Of a stretch of 64,000 nucleotides of DNA, positions 30,001-40,253 are shown piece after piece. This DNA is from Pristiophorus japonicus (Eukaryota): NCBI RefSeq assembly GCF_044704955.1, contig NC_091999.1:8866001-8930000 (forward strand), written 5' to 3'. Numbering within the stretch: the stretch's first letter is position 1; the number at the start of each line of letters is the position of its first letter. Both the position numbers and the translations under genes were made by a program. The notes beneath the pieces were generated by a model, which was not told the origin of the DNA, made no database searches, and saw only the letters and a program-made list of their open reading frames with translations.

Positions 30001-33000
30001 TAGTGTGATATGACCAGAACTGTGCACAGTGCTCCCAGTGTGATATGGAGACCAGAACTGTGCGCAGTGCTCCCAGTGTGATATGGAGACAAGAAGTGTG
30101 CACAGTGCTCCCAGTGTGATATGGAGACCAGAACTGTGCGCTGTGCTCTCAGTGTGATATGGAGACCAGAACTGTGCACAGTGCTCCTAGTGTGATATGA
30201 CCAGAACTGTGCACAGTGCTCCCAGTGTGATATGGAGACCAGAACTGTGCACAGTGCTCCCAGTGTGATATGGAGACCAGAAGTGTGCACAGTGGTCCCA
30301 GTGTGATATGACCAGAACTGTGCACAGTGCTCCCAATGTGATATGGAGACCAGAACTGTGCAAAGTGCTCCAAGTGTGATATGGAGACCAGAACTGTGCA
30401 CAGTGCTCCCAGTGTGATATGGAGACCATAACTGTGCACAGTGCTCCCAGTGTGATATGGAGACCAGAACTGTGCATAGTGCTCCCAGTGTGATATGGAG
30501 ACCAGAACTGTGCAGAGTGCTCCCAGTGTGATATGACCAGAACTGTGCACAGTGCTCCCAGTTTGATATGACCAGAACTGTGCACAGTGCTGCCAGTGTG
30601 ATATGGAGACCAGAACTGTGCACAGTGCTCCCAGTGTGATATGACCAGAATTGTGCACAGTGCTCCAAGTGTGATATGACCAGAACTGTACACAGTGCCC
30701 CCAGTGTGATATGGAGACCAGAAATGTGCACAGTGCTCACAGTGTGATATGACCAGAACTGTGCACAGTGCTCCTAGTGTGATATGACCAGAACTGTGCA
30801 CAATGCTCCCAGTGTGATATGGAGACCAGAACTGTGCACAGTGCTCCCAGTGTGATATGGAGACCAGAACTGTGCACAGTGCTCCCAGTGTGATATGGAG
30901 ACCAGAACTGTGCACAGTGCTCCCAGTGTGCTATGGATACCAGAACTGTGCACAGTGCTCCCAGTGTGATATGGAGACCAGAACTGTGCACAGTGCTCCT
31001 AGTGTGATATGACCAGAACTGTGCACAGTGCTCCCAGTGTGATATGGAGACCAGAACTGTGCGCAGTGCTCCCAGTGTGATATGGAGACAAGAAGTGTGC
31101 ACAGTGCTCCCAGTGTGATATGGAGACCAGAACTGTGCGCTGTGCTCTCAGTGTGATATGGAGACCAGAACTGTGCACAGTGCTCCTAGTGTGATATGAC
31201 CAGAACTGTGCACAGTGCTCCCAGTGTGATATGGAGACCAGAACTGTGCACAGTGCTCCCAGTGTGATATGGAGACCAGAAGTGTGCACAGTGGTCCCAG
31301 TGTGATATGACCAGAACTGTGCACAGTGCTCCCAATGTGATATGGAGACCAGAACTGTGCAAAGTGCTCCAAGTGTGATATGGAGACCAGAACTGTGCAC
31401 AGTGCTCCCAGTGTGATATGGAGACCAGAACTGTGCACAGTGCTCCCAGTGTGATATGGAGACCAGAACTGTGCATAGTGCTCCCAGTGTGATATGGAGA
31501 CCAGAACTGTGCAGAGTGCTCCCAGTGTGATATGGAGAACAGAAGTGTGCACAGTGCTCCCAGTGTGATATGACCAGAAATGTGCACAGTGCTCCCAATG
31601 TGATATGGAGACCAGAACTGTGCAGAGTGCTGCCAGTGTGATATGGAGACCAGAACTGTGCAGTGCTCCCAGTGTGATATGGAGAACAGAACTGTGCACA
31701 ATGCTCCCAGTGTTATATGGAGATCAGAACTGTACACAGTGCTCCCAGTGTGATATGACCAGAACTGTGCACAGTGCTCCCAGTGTGATATGGAGATCAG
31801 AACTGTGCACAGTGCTCCCAGTGTGATATGGAGACCAGAACTGTGCACAGTGCTCCCAGTGTGATATGACCAGAACTGTGCACAGTGCTCCCAGTGTGAT
31901 ATGACCAGAACTGTGCACAGTGCTCCTAGTGTGATATGACCAGAACTGTGCACAGTGCTCCCAGTGTGATATGACCAGAACTGTGCACAGTGCTCCCAGT
32001 GTGATATGACCAGAACTGTGTACAGTCCTCCCAGTGTGATATGGAGACCAGAACTGTGTACAGTCCTCCCAGTGTGATATGCAGACCAGAACTATGCACA
32101 GTGCTCCCAGTGTGATATGGAGACCAGAACTGTGCACAGTGCTCCCAGTGTGATATGGAGACCAGAACTGTGCACAGTGCTCTCAGTGTGATATGGAGAC
32201 CAGAACTGTGCACAGTGCTCCCAGTGTGATATGGAGACCAGAACTGTGCACAGTGCTCCCAGTGTGATATGACCAGAACTGTGCACAGTGCTCCTAGTGT
32301 GATCTGACCAGAACTGCGCACAGTGCTCCCAGTGTGATATGACCAGAACTGCGCACAGTGCTCCCAGTGTGATATGATCAGAACTGTGCACAGTGCTCCC
32401 AGTGTGATATGACCAGAACTGTGCACAGTGCTCCCAGTGTGATATGACCAGGACTGTGCACAGTGCTCCCAGTGTGATATGACCAGAACTGCGCACAGTG
32501 CTCCCAGTGTGATATGACCAGAACTGCGCACAGTGCTCCCAGTGTGATATGACCAGAACTGTGCACAGTGCTCCCAGTGTGATATGGAGACCAGAACTGT
32601 GCACAGTGCTTCCAGTGTGATATGACCAGAACTGTGCACAGTGCTCCCAGTATGATATGACCAGAACTGTGCACAGTGCTCCCAGTGTGATATGACCAGA
32701 ACTGTGCACAGTGCTCCCAGTGTGATATGGAGACCAGAACTGTGCACAGTGCTCCCAGTGTGATATGGAGACCAGAAATGTGCACAGTGCTCCCAGTGTG
32801 ATATAGCCAGAACTGTGTACTGTGCTCCCAGTGTGATATGACCAGAACTGTGTACAGTGCTGCCAGTGTGATATGACCAGAACTGTGTACAGTGCTCCCA
32901 GTGTGTTATGACCAGAACTGTGCACAGTGCTCCCAGTGTGATATGGAGACCAGAACTGTGCACAGTGCTCCCAGTGTGATATGGAGACCAGAACTGTGCA

Positions 33001-33127
33001 CAGTGCTCCCAGTGTGTTATGGGGACCAGAACTGTGCACAGTGCTCCCAGTGTGATATGGAGACCAGAACTGTGCACAGTGTTCCCAGTGTGGTATGACC
33101 AGAACTGTGCACAGTGCTCCCAGTGTG
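1..33127. repeat. Satellite array, 35/38-bp monomer GTGATAT(GGA)GACCAGAACTGTGCACAGTGCTCCCAGT, ~900 copies, CR1-derived; runs off the 5' end of the window
   Basis: Uninterrupted tandem repeat visible directly. Two main length variants differ by GGA, with occasional -2 nt variants. The minus strand reads HWEHCAQFWSPY, similar to CR1 ORF2 HLEYCVQFWSPY. Confidence 0.98.
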
Positions 33128-33184
33128 GTCTAACCAAACTCTAAGTGCTTGGAGTTGATCACCCTGTTCAGTGATGTTTTGAGA

Positions 33185-33343
33185 TACTCTCGGATATGCT
33201 TTTGGAGACTGAGGGAATCGAGGGACTTGTGGACAGTGCAGGGAATGTGGAGTTGAGGTCAGAGATCAGCCATGATCTCATTGAATGGCGGAGCAGGCTC
33301 GAGGGGCCGAATGGCCGACTCCTGCTTCCTATTTCTGATGTTC
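33185..33343 (+). mobile_element. CR1 LINE 3' end fragment
   Basis: GATCAGCCATGATCTCATTGAATGGCGGAGCAGGCTCGAGGGGCCGAATGGCC...TTCTGATGTTC, the same 3' tail as the CR1 copies elsewhere in the window. Confidence 0.85.
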
Positions 33344-33410
33344 GTGGAGTTTTTAAACATTTCACGCAACAGTCAATGACACAAGTCAGTTTGAAAACAA
33401 CGCGTGACCC

Positions 33411-33416
33411 TTTATT
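33411..33416 (-). terminator. Polyadenylation signal AATAAA of the Ig-like gene
   Basis: TTTATT on the + strand, ~150 bp downstream of the C-exon stop codon. Confidence 0.75.
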
Positions 33417-33564
33417 GAGGATACAAGACACTGCAAACAAGAAGCTCAGTCCGGCACTGGAGGGTAGCTCGGGCGGAGTTAGCCTTGGGATGGTGTTGCC
33501 CGGGAGCAGGAGTGCCTTTCCCCACTCCCCGCCCCCCCCCCGAGGCATGGGTCCCGCCGGGCGC

Positions 33565-33901
33565 TCACCACAGCTCGCAGGTCTCCCGCTCGATGGTGTC
33601 GATGATGGGCTCCCGGCTGGACTCGTGGTGCACCGTGCAGGCGTAGCGAGAGTGTGTGGCCCACTGGCAGACGGGCAGTGTCAGGTAGCTGCTCCAGCAG
33701 TACGTGCTGTCCTCCTGCAGGGTGGCCTGGGCCCCGTCGGTGCTCCAGCCGCTCTCCGCCTCCTTGCCGTCCAGCGGGCACGCACGTGGCCCGGGTAGAA
33801 GCCGCTGACCAGGCAACTGAGGGTGACGCTGGCATTGGCACGGGCCAACTGAGCCTTCGAGGGCGGGTACACACGGACAGAGGGTGGCGAAAGCTGGTGG
33901 C
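33565..33901 (-). pseudogene. Ig C1-set constant exon (light-chain-like), frameshifted
   Basis: Acceptor CCTCCCCAG| with branch-point-like GACTAAC at 33922-33928. Frame A: HQLSPPSVRVYPPSKAQLARANASVTLSCLVSGFYPGHVRARW. Frame B: DGKEAESG...STYCWSSYLTLPVCQWATHSRYACTVHHESS...ERETCELW*. C1 motifs CLVxxFYP, W, YxCxVxH and a C-terminal Cys are present. Confidence 0.93.
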
Positions 33902-33945
33902 CTGGGGAGGCAAGAGCAGGTGTTAGTCGAGGCATCGTGTACGGA

Positions 33946-34602
33946 CACATAGAAAATAGGACCAGCAGTACGGCCCCTCGAGCCTGCACCATTCAATATG
34001 ACCATGGCTTATCCTCTATCTCAACAGCATATTCCCGCTTTCTCCTCAATACCCCTTGATGCCTTTTGTGTCTAGAAATCTATCTATCTCCCTCTTAAAT
34101 ATATTCAGTGACTTGGCCCCCACAGCCTTCTGTGGTAGAGAATTCCACAGGTTCACCTCCCTCGGAGTGAAAACATTTCTCCTCATCTCGCTCCTAAATT
34201 TCATACCCCGTATCCTGAGACTGTGACTCCTTGTTCTCGACTTCCCAGCCCCAGGGGAAAACATCCTCCCCGCATCCAGTCTGTCCAACCCCGTCAGAAT
34301 TTTATACCTTTCAATGAGATCCCCTCTCATTCTTCTAAACCCCAGTGAATACAGGCCCAGTCGACCCAATCTCTCCTCATACGGCAGTCCTGCCCTCCCA
34401 GGAATCAGTCTGGTGAACCTTCGCTGCACTCCCTCTGTGGCAAGTGTATCCTTCCTTAGGTAAGGAGACCAGAACTGTACACAGTACTCCAGGTGTGGCC
34501 TCACCAAGGCCCTGTATAACTGGAGTAAGACTTCCTTGCTCCTGTACTCAAACCCTCTTGCAATGAAGGCCAACATACCATTGGCCTTCTTCACTGCTTG
34601 TA
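33946..34602 (-). mobile_element. CR1 LINE 3' fragment in the J-C intron
   Basis: ORF 34046-34672 encodes the CR1 ORF2 C-terminus (KKANGMLAFIARG...RPHLEYCVQFWSPY...VNLWNSLP) followed by the CR1 3' tail. Confidence 0.93.
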
Positions 34603-34725
34603 CCGGCGTGTTTGCTCTCACTGACTGGTGTACAAGGATAAGTACGAAATAGAATGACATCGCCACCATCACAGACTGTTAATCAGCAACGTGAATACTT
34701 CCACGACTTCTCACCAGCATCCAAG

Positions 34726-35781
34726 AGTGATATGGAGGCCAGAACTGTGTGCGATGCTCCCAGTGTGATATGACCAGAACTATGCACAGTGCTCCCAGTG
34801 TGATATGGAGACCAGAACTGTGCACAGTGCTCCCAGTGTGATCTGACCAGAACTGTACACAGTGCTCCCAGTGTGATATGACCAGAACTGTACACAGTGC
34901 TCCCAGTGTGATATGGAGAGCAGAACTGTGCACAGTGCTCCCAGTGTGATATAACCAGAACTGTGCACAGTGCTCCCAGTGTGATATGGAGACCATAACT
35001 GTGCACAGTGCTCCCAGTGTGATATGGAGACCAGAACTGTGCACAGTGCTCCCAGTGTGATATGGAGACCAGAACTGTGCACAGTGCTCCCAGTGTGATA
35101 TGGAGACCAGAACTGAGCACAGTGCTCCCAGTGTGATATGACCAGAACTGTGCACGGTGCTCCCAGTGTGATATGGAGACCAGAACTGTGCGCGGTGCTC
35201 CCAGTGTGTTATGGAGACCAGAACTGTGCACAGTGCTCCCAGTGTGATATGACCAGAACTGTGCACAGTGCTCCCAGTGTGATATGGAGACCAGAACTGT
35301 GCACAGTGCTCCCAGCGTGATAAGACCAGAACTGTGCACAGTGCACCCAGTGTGATATGACCAGAACTGTGCACAGTGCTCCCAGTGTGATATGACCAGA
35401 ACTGTGCACGGTGCTCCCAGTGTGATATGACCAGAACTGTGCACAGTGCTCCCAGTGTGATATGACCAGAACTGTGCACAGTGCTCCCAGTGTGATATGG
35501 AGATCAGAACTGTGCACAGTGCTCCCAGTGTGATATGACCAGAACTGTGCACAGTGCTCCCAGTGTGATATGACCAGAACTGTGCAGAGTGCTCCCAGTG
35601 TGATATGACCAGAACTGTGCACAGTGCTCCCAGTGTGATATGACCAGAACTGTGCACAGTGCTCCCGGTGTGATATGGAGACCAGAACTGTGCACAGTGC
35701 TCCCAGTGTGATATGACCAGAACTGTACACAGTGCTCCCAGTGTGATATGGAGACCAGAACTGTGCAAGGTGCTCTGAGTG
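34726..35781. repeat. Island (~28 copies) of the same 35/38-bp satellite inside the J-C intron
   Basis: Same monomer and orientation as the 33-kb array, with degenerate edges. Confidence 0.96.
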
Positions 35782-35836
35782 TCCCCACGGTCATATATAG
35801 GTTGTCAGATACGATGATAAGGTAGAGTTTACTCAC

Positions 35837-36190
35837 TGGATATAAGCAGGTGGACCCCGTTGCCAAAATGGACATGGTTGTCGTAATACACGGCGCAGAC
35901 ATAAGCCCCGGTGTCAGCCTCAGTCACCCTGCCCACACTCAGGAGGTAGGTGTTCGTCGTCAGGGTCCTGGAGGGCTGGAAGTGCTCGGTGATGCCCTTG
36001 CCCCGGTCGATGCTGCCGCTCGCCCAGTGGGTGAGCACCCACTCCGGCCTCTGCCCGCTCTGCAGCCTGTACCAGAAACCACCGTAGTTATTGATGTCCA
36101 GGTTCTCCGCCCGGCAGGACAAGGTCGCGGCCCCTCCGGTGGAAACTGAGGCTGATAGCGGCTGATGGAGGATGGCGATTGGCGTGGCTC
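35837..36190 (-). CDS. Germline-joined VJ exon; V-set Ig domain resembling shark sigma-cart/sigma-2 (type I) light-chain V
   Basis: Acceptor TTTCAG|GA and donor A|GTGAGT. Open frame ...ILHQPLSASVSTGGAATLSC...WYRLQSGQRPEWVLTHWASGSIDRGKGITEHFQPSR...EADTGAYVC-AVYYDNHVH-FGNGVHLLIS. Cys-Trp-Cys, DxxxYxC and the J motif FGxG lie in one exon with no intervening RSS. Isotype assignment is from recalled motif similarity only. Confidence 0.93.
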
Positions 36191-36194
36191 CTGA

Positions 36195-36582
36195 AACACA
36201 GAAACAGAGACATTTACAGCGCAGGAGGAGGCCATTCCGGCCCATCGTGTCCGCGCCGGCCGACAAAGAGCCACACGGCCCTCGGTCAGCGGCCCTGGAG
36301 GTTACATATAAACCTGTGAACAATGACGGAAAGGCAAAGGGCACCCGGCCCAACCAGTCCGCCCCACACAACTGTGACACCCCTTACACTGAAACATTCC
36401 ACACTCCACCCCAACCGGAGCCAGTGATCTCCTGGGAGAGGCAAAAAACCAGATAAAAACCCAGGCCAACTCAGGGAGAATAAATCTGGGAAAATTCCTC
36501 TCCGACCCATCCCGGCGATCGACACTAGTCCAGGAGATCACCCTGGCCGTATTCTATTCCCTACAGTACTTACCATTGTATC
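36195..36582 (-). mobile_element. Older CR1 3' UTR/tail, split by a younger CR1 (continues at ~39105-39305)
   Basis: Minus strand ends GGGCCGGAATGGCCTCCTCCTGCGCTGTAAATGTCTCTG, a CR1-type tail. CR1-like sequence of the same orientation resumes after 39104. Confidence 0.65.
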
Positions 36583-39104
36583 AAACAGTCGTAGTGAGGT
36601 TGGGGACGGCATCAAACAGGAAATTAGGGATGCATGCAATAAAGGTACAGCAGTTATCATGCGTGACTTTAATCTACATATAGACTGGGCTAACCAAACT
36701 GGTAGCAATACGGTGGAGGAGGATTTCCTGGAGTGTATTCGGGATGGTTTTCTTGACCAATATGTCGAGGAACCAACTAGAGAGCTGGCCATCCTAGACT
36801 GGGTGATGTGTAATGAGAAAGGACTAATTAGCAATCTTGTTGTGCGAGGCCCCTTGGGGAAGAGTGACCATAATATGGTAGAATTCTTCATTCAGAAGGA
36901 GAGTGACAGAGTTAATTCAGAGACTAGGGTCCTGAACTTAAGGAAAGGTAACTTCGATGGTATGAGACGTGAATTGGCTAGAATAGACTGGCAAATGATA
37001 CTTAAAGGGTTGACAGTGGATAGGCAATAGCAAGCATTTAAAGATCACATGGATGAACTTCAGCAATTGTACATCCCTGTCTGGAGTAAAAGCAAAACGG
37101 GGAAGGTGGCTTAACCGTGGCTAACAAGGGAAATTAAGGATAGTGTTTTAATCCAAGGAAGAGGTATATAAATTGTCCAGAAAAAGCAACACACCTGAGG
37201 ACTGGGAGAAATTTAGAATTCAGCAGAGGAGGACAAAGGGTTTAATTAGGAGGGGGAAAATAGAGTATGAGAGGAAGCTTGCCTGGAACATAAAAACTGA
37301 CTGCAAAAGCTTCTCTAAATATATGAAGAGAAAAAGATTAGTGAAGACAAACATAGGTCCCTTGCAGTTGGATTCAGGTGAATTTATAATGGGGAACAAC
37401 GAAATGGCAGACCAATTGAACAAATACTTCGGTTCTGTCTTCACGAAGGAAGACACAAATAATCTACCGGAAATACTAGGGGACCGAGGATCTGGTGAGA
37501 AGGAGGAACTGAAGGAAATCCTTATTAGGCGTGAAATTGTGTTTGGGAAATTGATGGGATTGAAGGCCGATAAATCCCCGGGGCCTGATAGTCTGCATCC
37601 CAGAGTACTTAAGGAAGTGGCCCTAGAAATAGTGGATGTATTGGTGATCATTTTCCAATATTCTATCGACTCTGGATCAGTTCCTATGGACTGGAGGGTA
37701 GCTAATGTAACACCGCTTTTTAAAAAAGGAGGGAGAGAGAAAACGAGTAATTATAGACCGGTCAGCCTGACATCAGTAGTGGGGAAAATGTTGGAATCAA
37801 TTATTAAAGATGAAATAGCAGCGCATTTGGAAAGCAGTGACAGGATCGGTCCAAGTCAGCATGGATTTATGAAAGGGAAATCATGCTTGACAAATCTTCT
37901 GGAATTTTTTGAGGATGTAACTCGTAGAGTGGACAAGGGAGAACCAGTGGATGTGGTGTATTTGGACTTTCAAAAGGCTTTTGACAAGGTCCCACACAAG
38001 AGATTGGTGTGCAAAATTAAAGCGCATGGTATTGGGGGTAATGTACTGACGTGGATAGAGAATTGGTTGGCAGACAGGAAGCAGAGAGTCGGGATAAACG
38101 GGTCCTTTTCAGAATGGCAGGCAGTGACTAGTGGAGTGCCGCAGGGCTCAGTGCTGGGACCCCAGCTATTTACAATATACATTAATGATTTAGATGAAGG
38201 AATTGAGTGTAATATCTCCAAGTTTGCAGATGACACTAAACTGGGTGACTTGGACAGGTTAGGTGAATGGGCAAATGCATGGCAGATGCAGTATAATGTG
38301 GATAAATTTGAGGTTATCCACTTTGGGGGCAAAAACACAAAGACAGAATATTATCTGAATGGTGGCAGATTAGGAAAAGGGGAGGTGCAACGAGACCTGG
38401 ATGTCATGGTACATCAGTCATTGAAAGTTGGCATGCAGGTACAGCAGGCGGTGAAGAAGGCAAATGGTATGTTGGTCTTCAGAGCTAGGGGATTTGAGTA
38501 TAGGAGCAGGGAAGTCTTACTACAGTTGTACAGGGCCTTGGTGAGACCTCATCTGGAATATTGTGTTCAGTTTTGGTCTCCTAATCTGAGAAAGGACATT
38601 CTTGCTATTGAGGGAGTGCAGCGAAGGTTCACCAGACTGATTCCGGGGATGGCAGGACTGACATATGAGGAGAGATTGGATCAACTGGGCCTTTATACAC
38701 TGGAGTTTAGAAGGATGAGAGGGGATCTCATAGAAACATATAAGATTCTGACGGGACTGGACAGGTTAGATGCAGGAAGAATGTTCCCGATGTTGGGGAA
38801 GTCCAGAACCAGTGGACACAGTCTAAGGATAAGGGGTAGGCCATTTAGGACTGAGATGAGGAGAAACTTCTTCACTCAGAGTTGTGAACCTGTGGAATTC
38901 CCTGCCGCAGAGAGTTGTTGATGCCAGTTCATTGGATATATTCAAGAAGGAGTTAGATATGACTCTTACGGCTAAAGGGATCAAGGGGTATGGAGAGAAA
39001 GCAGGAAAGGGGTACTGAGGGAATGATCAGCCATGATCTTATTGAATGGTGGTGCAGGCTCGAAGGGCCGAATGGCCTATTCTCTATGTTTCTATGTTTC
39101 TATC
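36583..39104 (+). mobile_element. 5'-truncated CR1 LINE (APE C-terminal part + RT), inactive
   Basis: ORFs 36659-37030 and 37173-38921 (DFNLHIDW, SDHN, GVPQGSVLGP, KFADDTKL). Stops, frameshifts, a 14-codon in-frame deletion after DDTKLG relative to the 52.4-kb copy, and a (TTTCTATG)n tail. Confidence 0.96.
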
Positions 39105-39429
39105 TGTGCCGGCCAACAGGAGGTTATCCAGTCTAATCCAACTCTCGGTCCGTAACCCTGCAGGTTACGACACTTCAAGTGCCCATCCAAGCACCTTTTA
39201 AATGGGGTGAGGGTTTCTGCATCCACCACCCTTCCAGGCAGCGAGCTCCAGACCCCCAACACCCTCTGCATGAAGAAGCCTTCCCCTCAAATCCCCTCTA
39301 AACCTTCCAGCAACTCTAATAATAATGGAGCATGGGGAAGGGGGCAAAGAAGGACAAGACGTTATCCCGGACTCTGCCCGGCGCGGGAATAAAGACCAGA
39401 AAAGGAAGGAAGGAACGCTGTTTGCACTT

Positions 39430-39720
39430 GTGTGGGGCGAGAGTCCAAAACTCGGGAGGCCATCAACATAAGGTGGTCACTGATCAATCCACTCGGGAAT
39501 TCAGGAGGAACGTCTTTACCCAGAGAGCGGTGAGAATGTGGAGCTCGCTGCCTCAGGGAGGGGTTGAGGAGAGATACATTTAAGGGGAAGTTGGATAAAG
39601 ACATAAGGGAGAAAGGAGTAGAGGGATATGGGGCTGGGGTGAGATGGAGAGGTGTGGGAGGGGGCTGGTGTTGGAACATAAACCCCGGCACACACCTGTT
39701 GGGCCGAATGGCCTGTGCTT
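39430..39720 (+). mobile_element. Degenerate CR1 3' fragment
   Basis: Encodes RRNVFTQRAVRMWSSLP and ends in GGGCCGAATGGCC. Confidence 0.75.
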
Positions 39721-39842
39721 GAAAATGTTGAATCAGGTAGAGAAAGAGAAATAAAGAGAGGGAATGAAAGATTGGATAGAGAGAGAGAGAAAAACGTACA
39801 GCGACAAGGTGAGGTTGGAGAAGCTGGGGTTGTTCTCCTTGA

Positions 39843-39987
39843 AGAAAGAAAGACTTGCATTTAAATAGCGCCGTTCATGACCACCGGACATCTCAAAGCG
39901 CTTTGCAGCCAGTGAAGTATTTTTGGAGTGTAGTCACTGTTGTAATGTGGGAAACACGGCAGGCAATTTACGCACAGCAAGCTCCCA
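39843..39987 (-). mobile_element. SINE/L2-type 3' tail fragment
   Basis: Minus strand AAAGCGCTTTGAGATGTCCGGTGGTCATGAACGGCGCTATTTAAATGCAAGTC matches the 3' end of the SINEs at 45.2 and 51.3 kb. Confidence 0.7.
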
Positions 39988-39989
39988 CC

Positions 39990-40253
39990 CCTCTTCACCT
40001 TACCCCATAAACATATCTTTCTGTGCTTTTATCCCTCATGTGTTTATCCAGCTACTCCTTAAATGTATCGATACTATTCTCCGCAAGCCCTCCCTGTAGC
40101 AGTGAGCTTTACATTTCACCCCTCTCTGGGTAAAGAGGTTTCTTCTGAATTCCCGAGTGGATTTATTAGTGACTGTCTGATATTGGCGGCTGCCCCCCAT
40201 AGTTTTGCACTCTCGGCCATACACAAGTGGAAACATCCTCTCTACGTCTCCCC
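39990..40253 (-). mobile_element. Degenerate CR1 3' fragment
   Basis: ORF 40036-40263: DVERMFPLV...REFRRNLFTQR. Confidence 0.7.

Noticed and set aside
1-33127. CRISPR-like array (35-38-bp repeats with an internal palindrome)
   Set aside because: No unique spacers, no cas genes, and a vertebrate context.
273-33137. Dozens of long minus-strand ORFs (up to 1324 aa) of HSSGLHITLGALCTVLVSISHWEHCAQFWSPYHTGSTV repeats
   Set aside because: The consensus monomer has no minus-strand stop in any frame, so all three frames give the same cyclic peptide. Stops and -2 nt variants are scattered, and most starts are GTG. This is a satellite artefact.
33196-33798. 200-aa plus-strand ORF
   Set aside because: Antisense to the C exon and its 3' UTR, and runs through a CR1 tail; GC-rich shadow ORF.
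1-35781. Functional 12/23 RSS array or true accumulated signal joints
   Set aside because: The nonamer-like sequence is at 16/19-bp spacing, there is no nonamer at 12 or 23 bp on either strand, and CR1 origin explains the sequence. Kept only as a cryptic-heptamer hypothesis.
36191-36380. N-terminal extension of ORF 35829-36380 as the start of the V protein
   Set aside because: It is intronic CR1 tail sequence with no signal-peptide character. A proper leader exon exists at 46106-46151.
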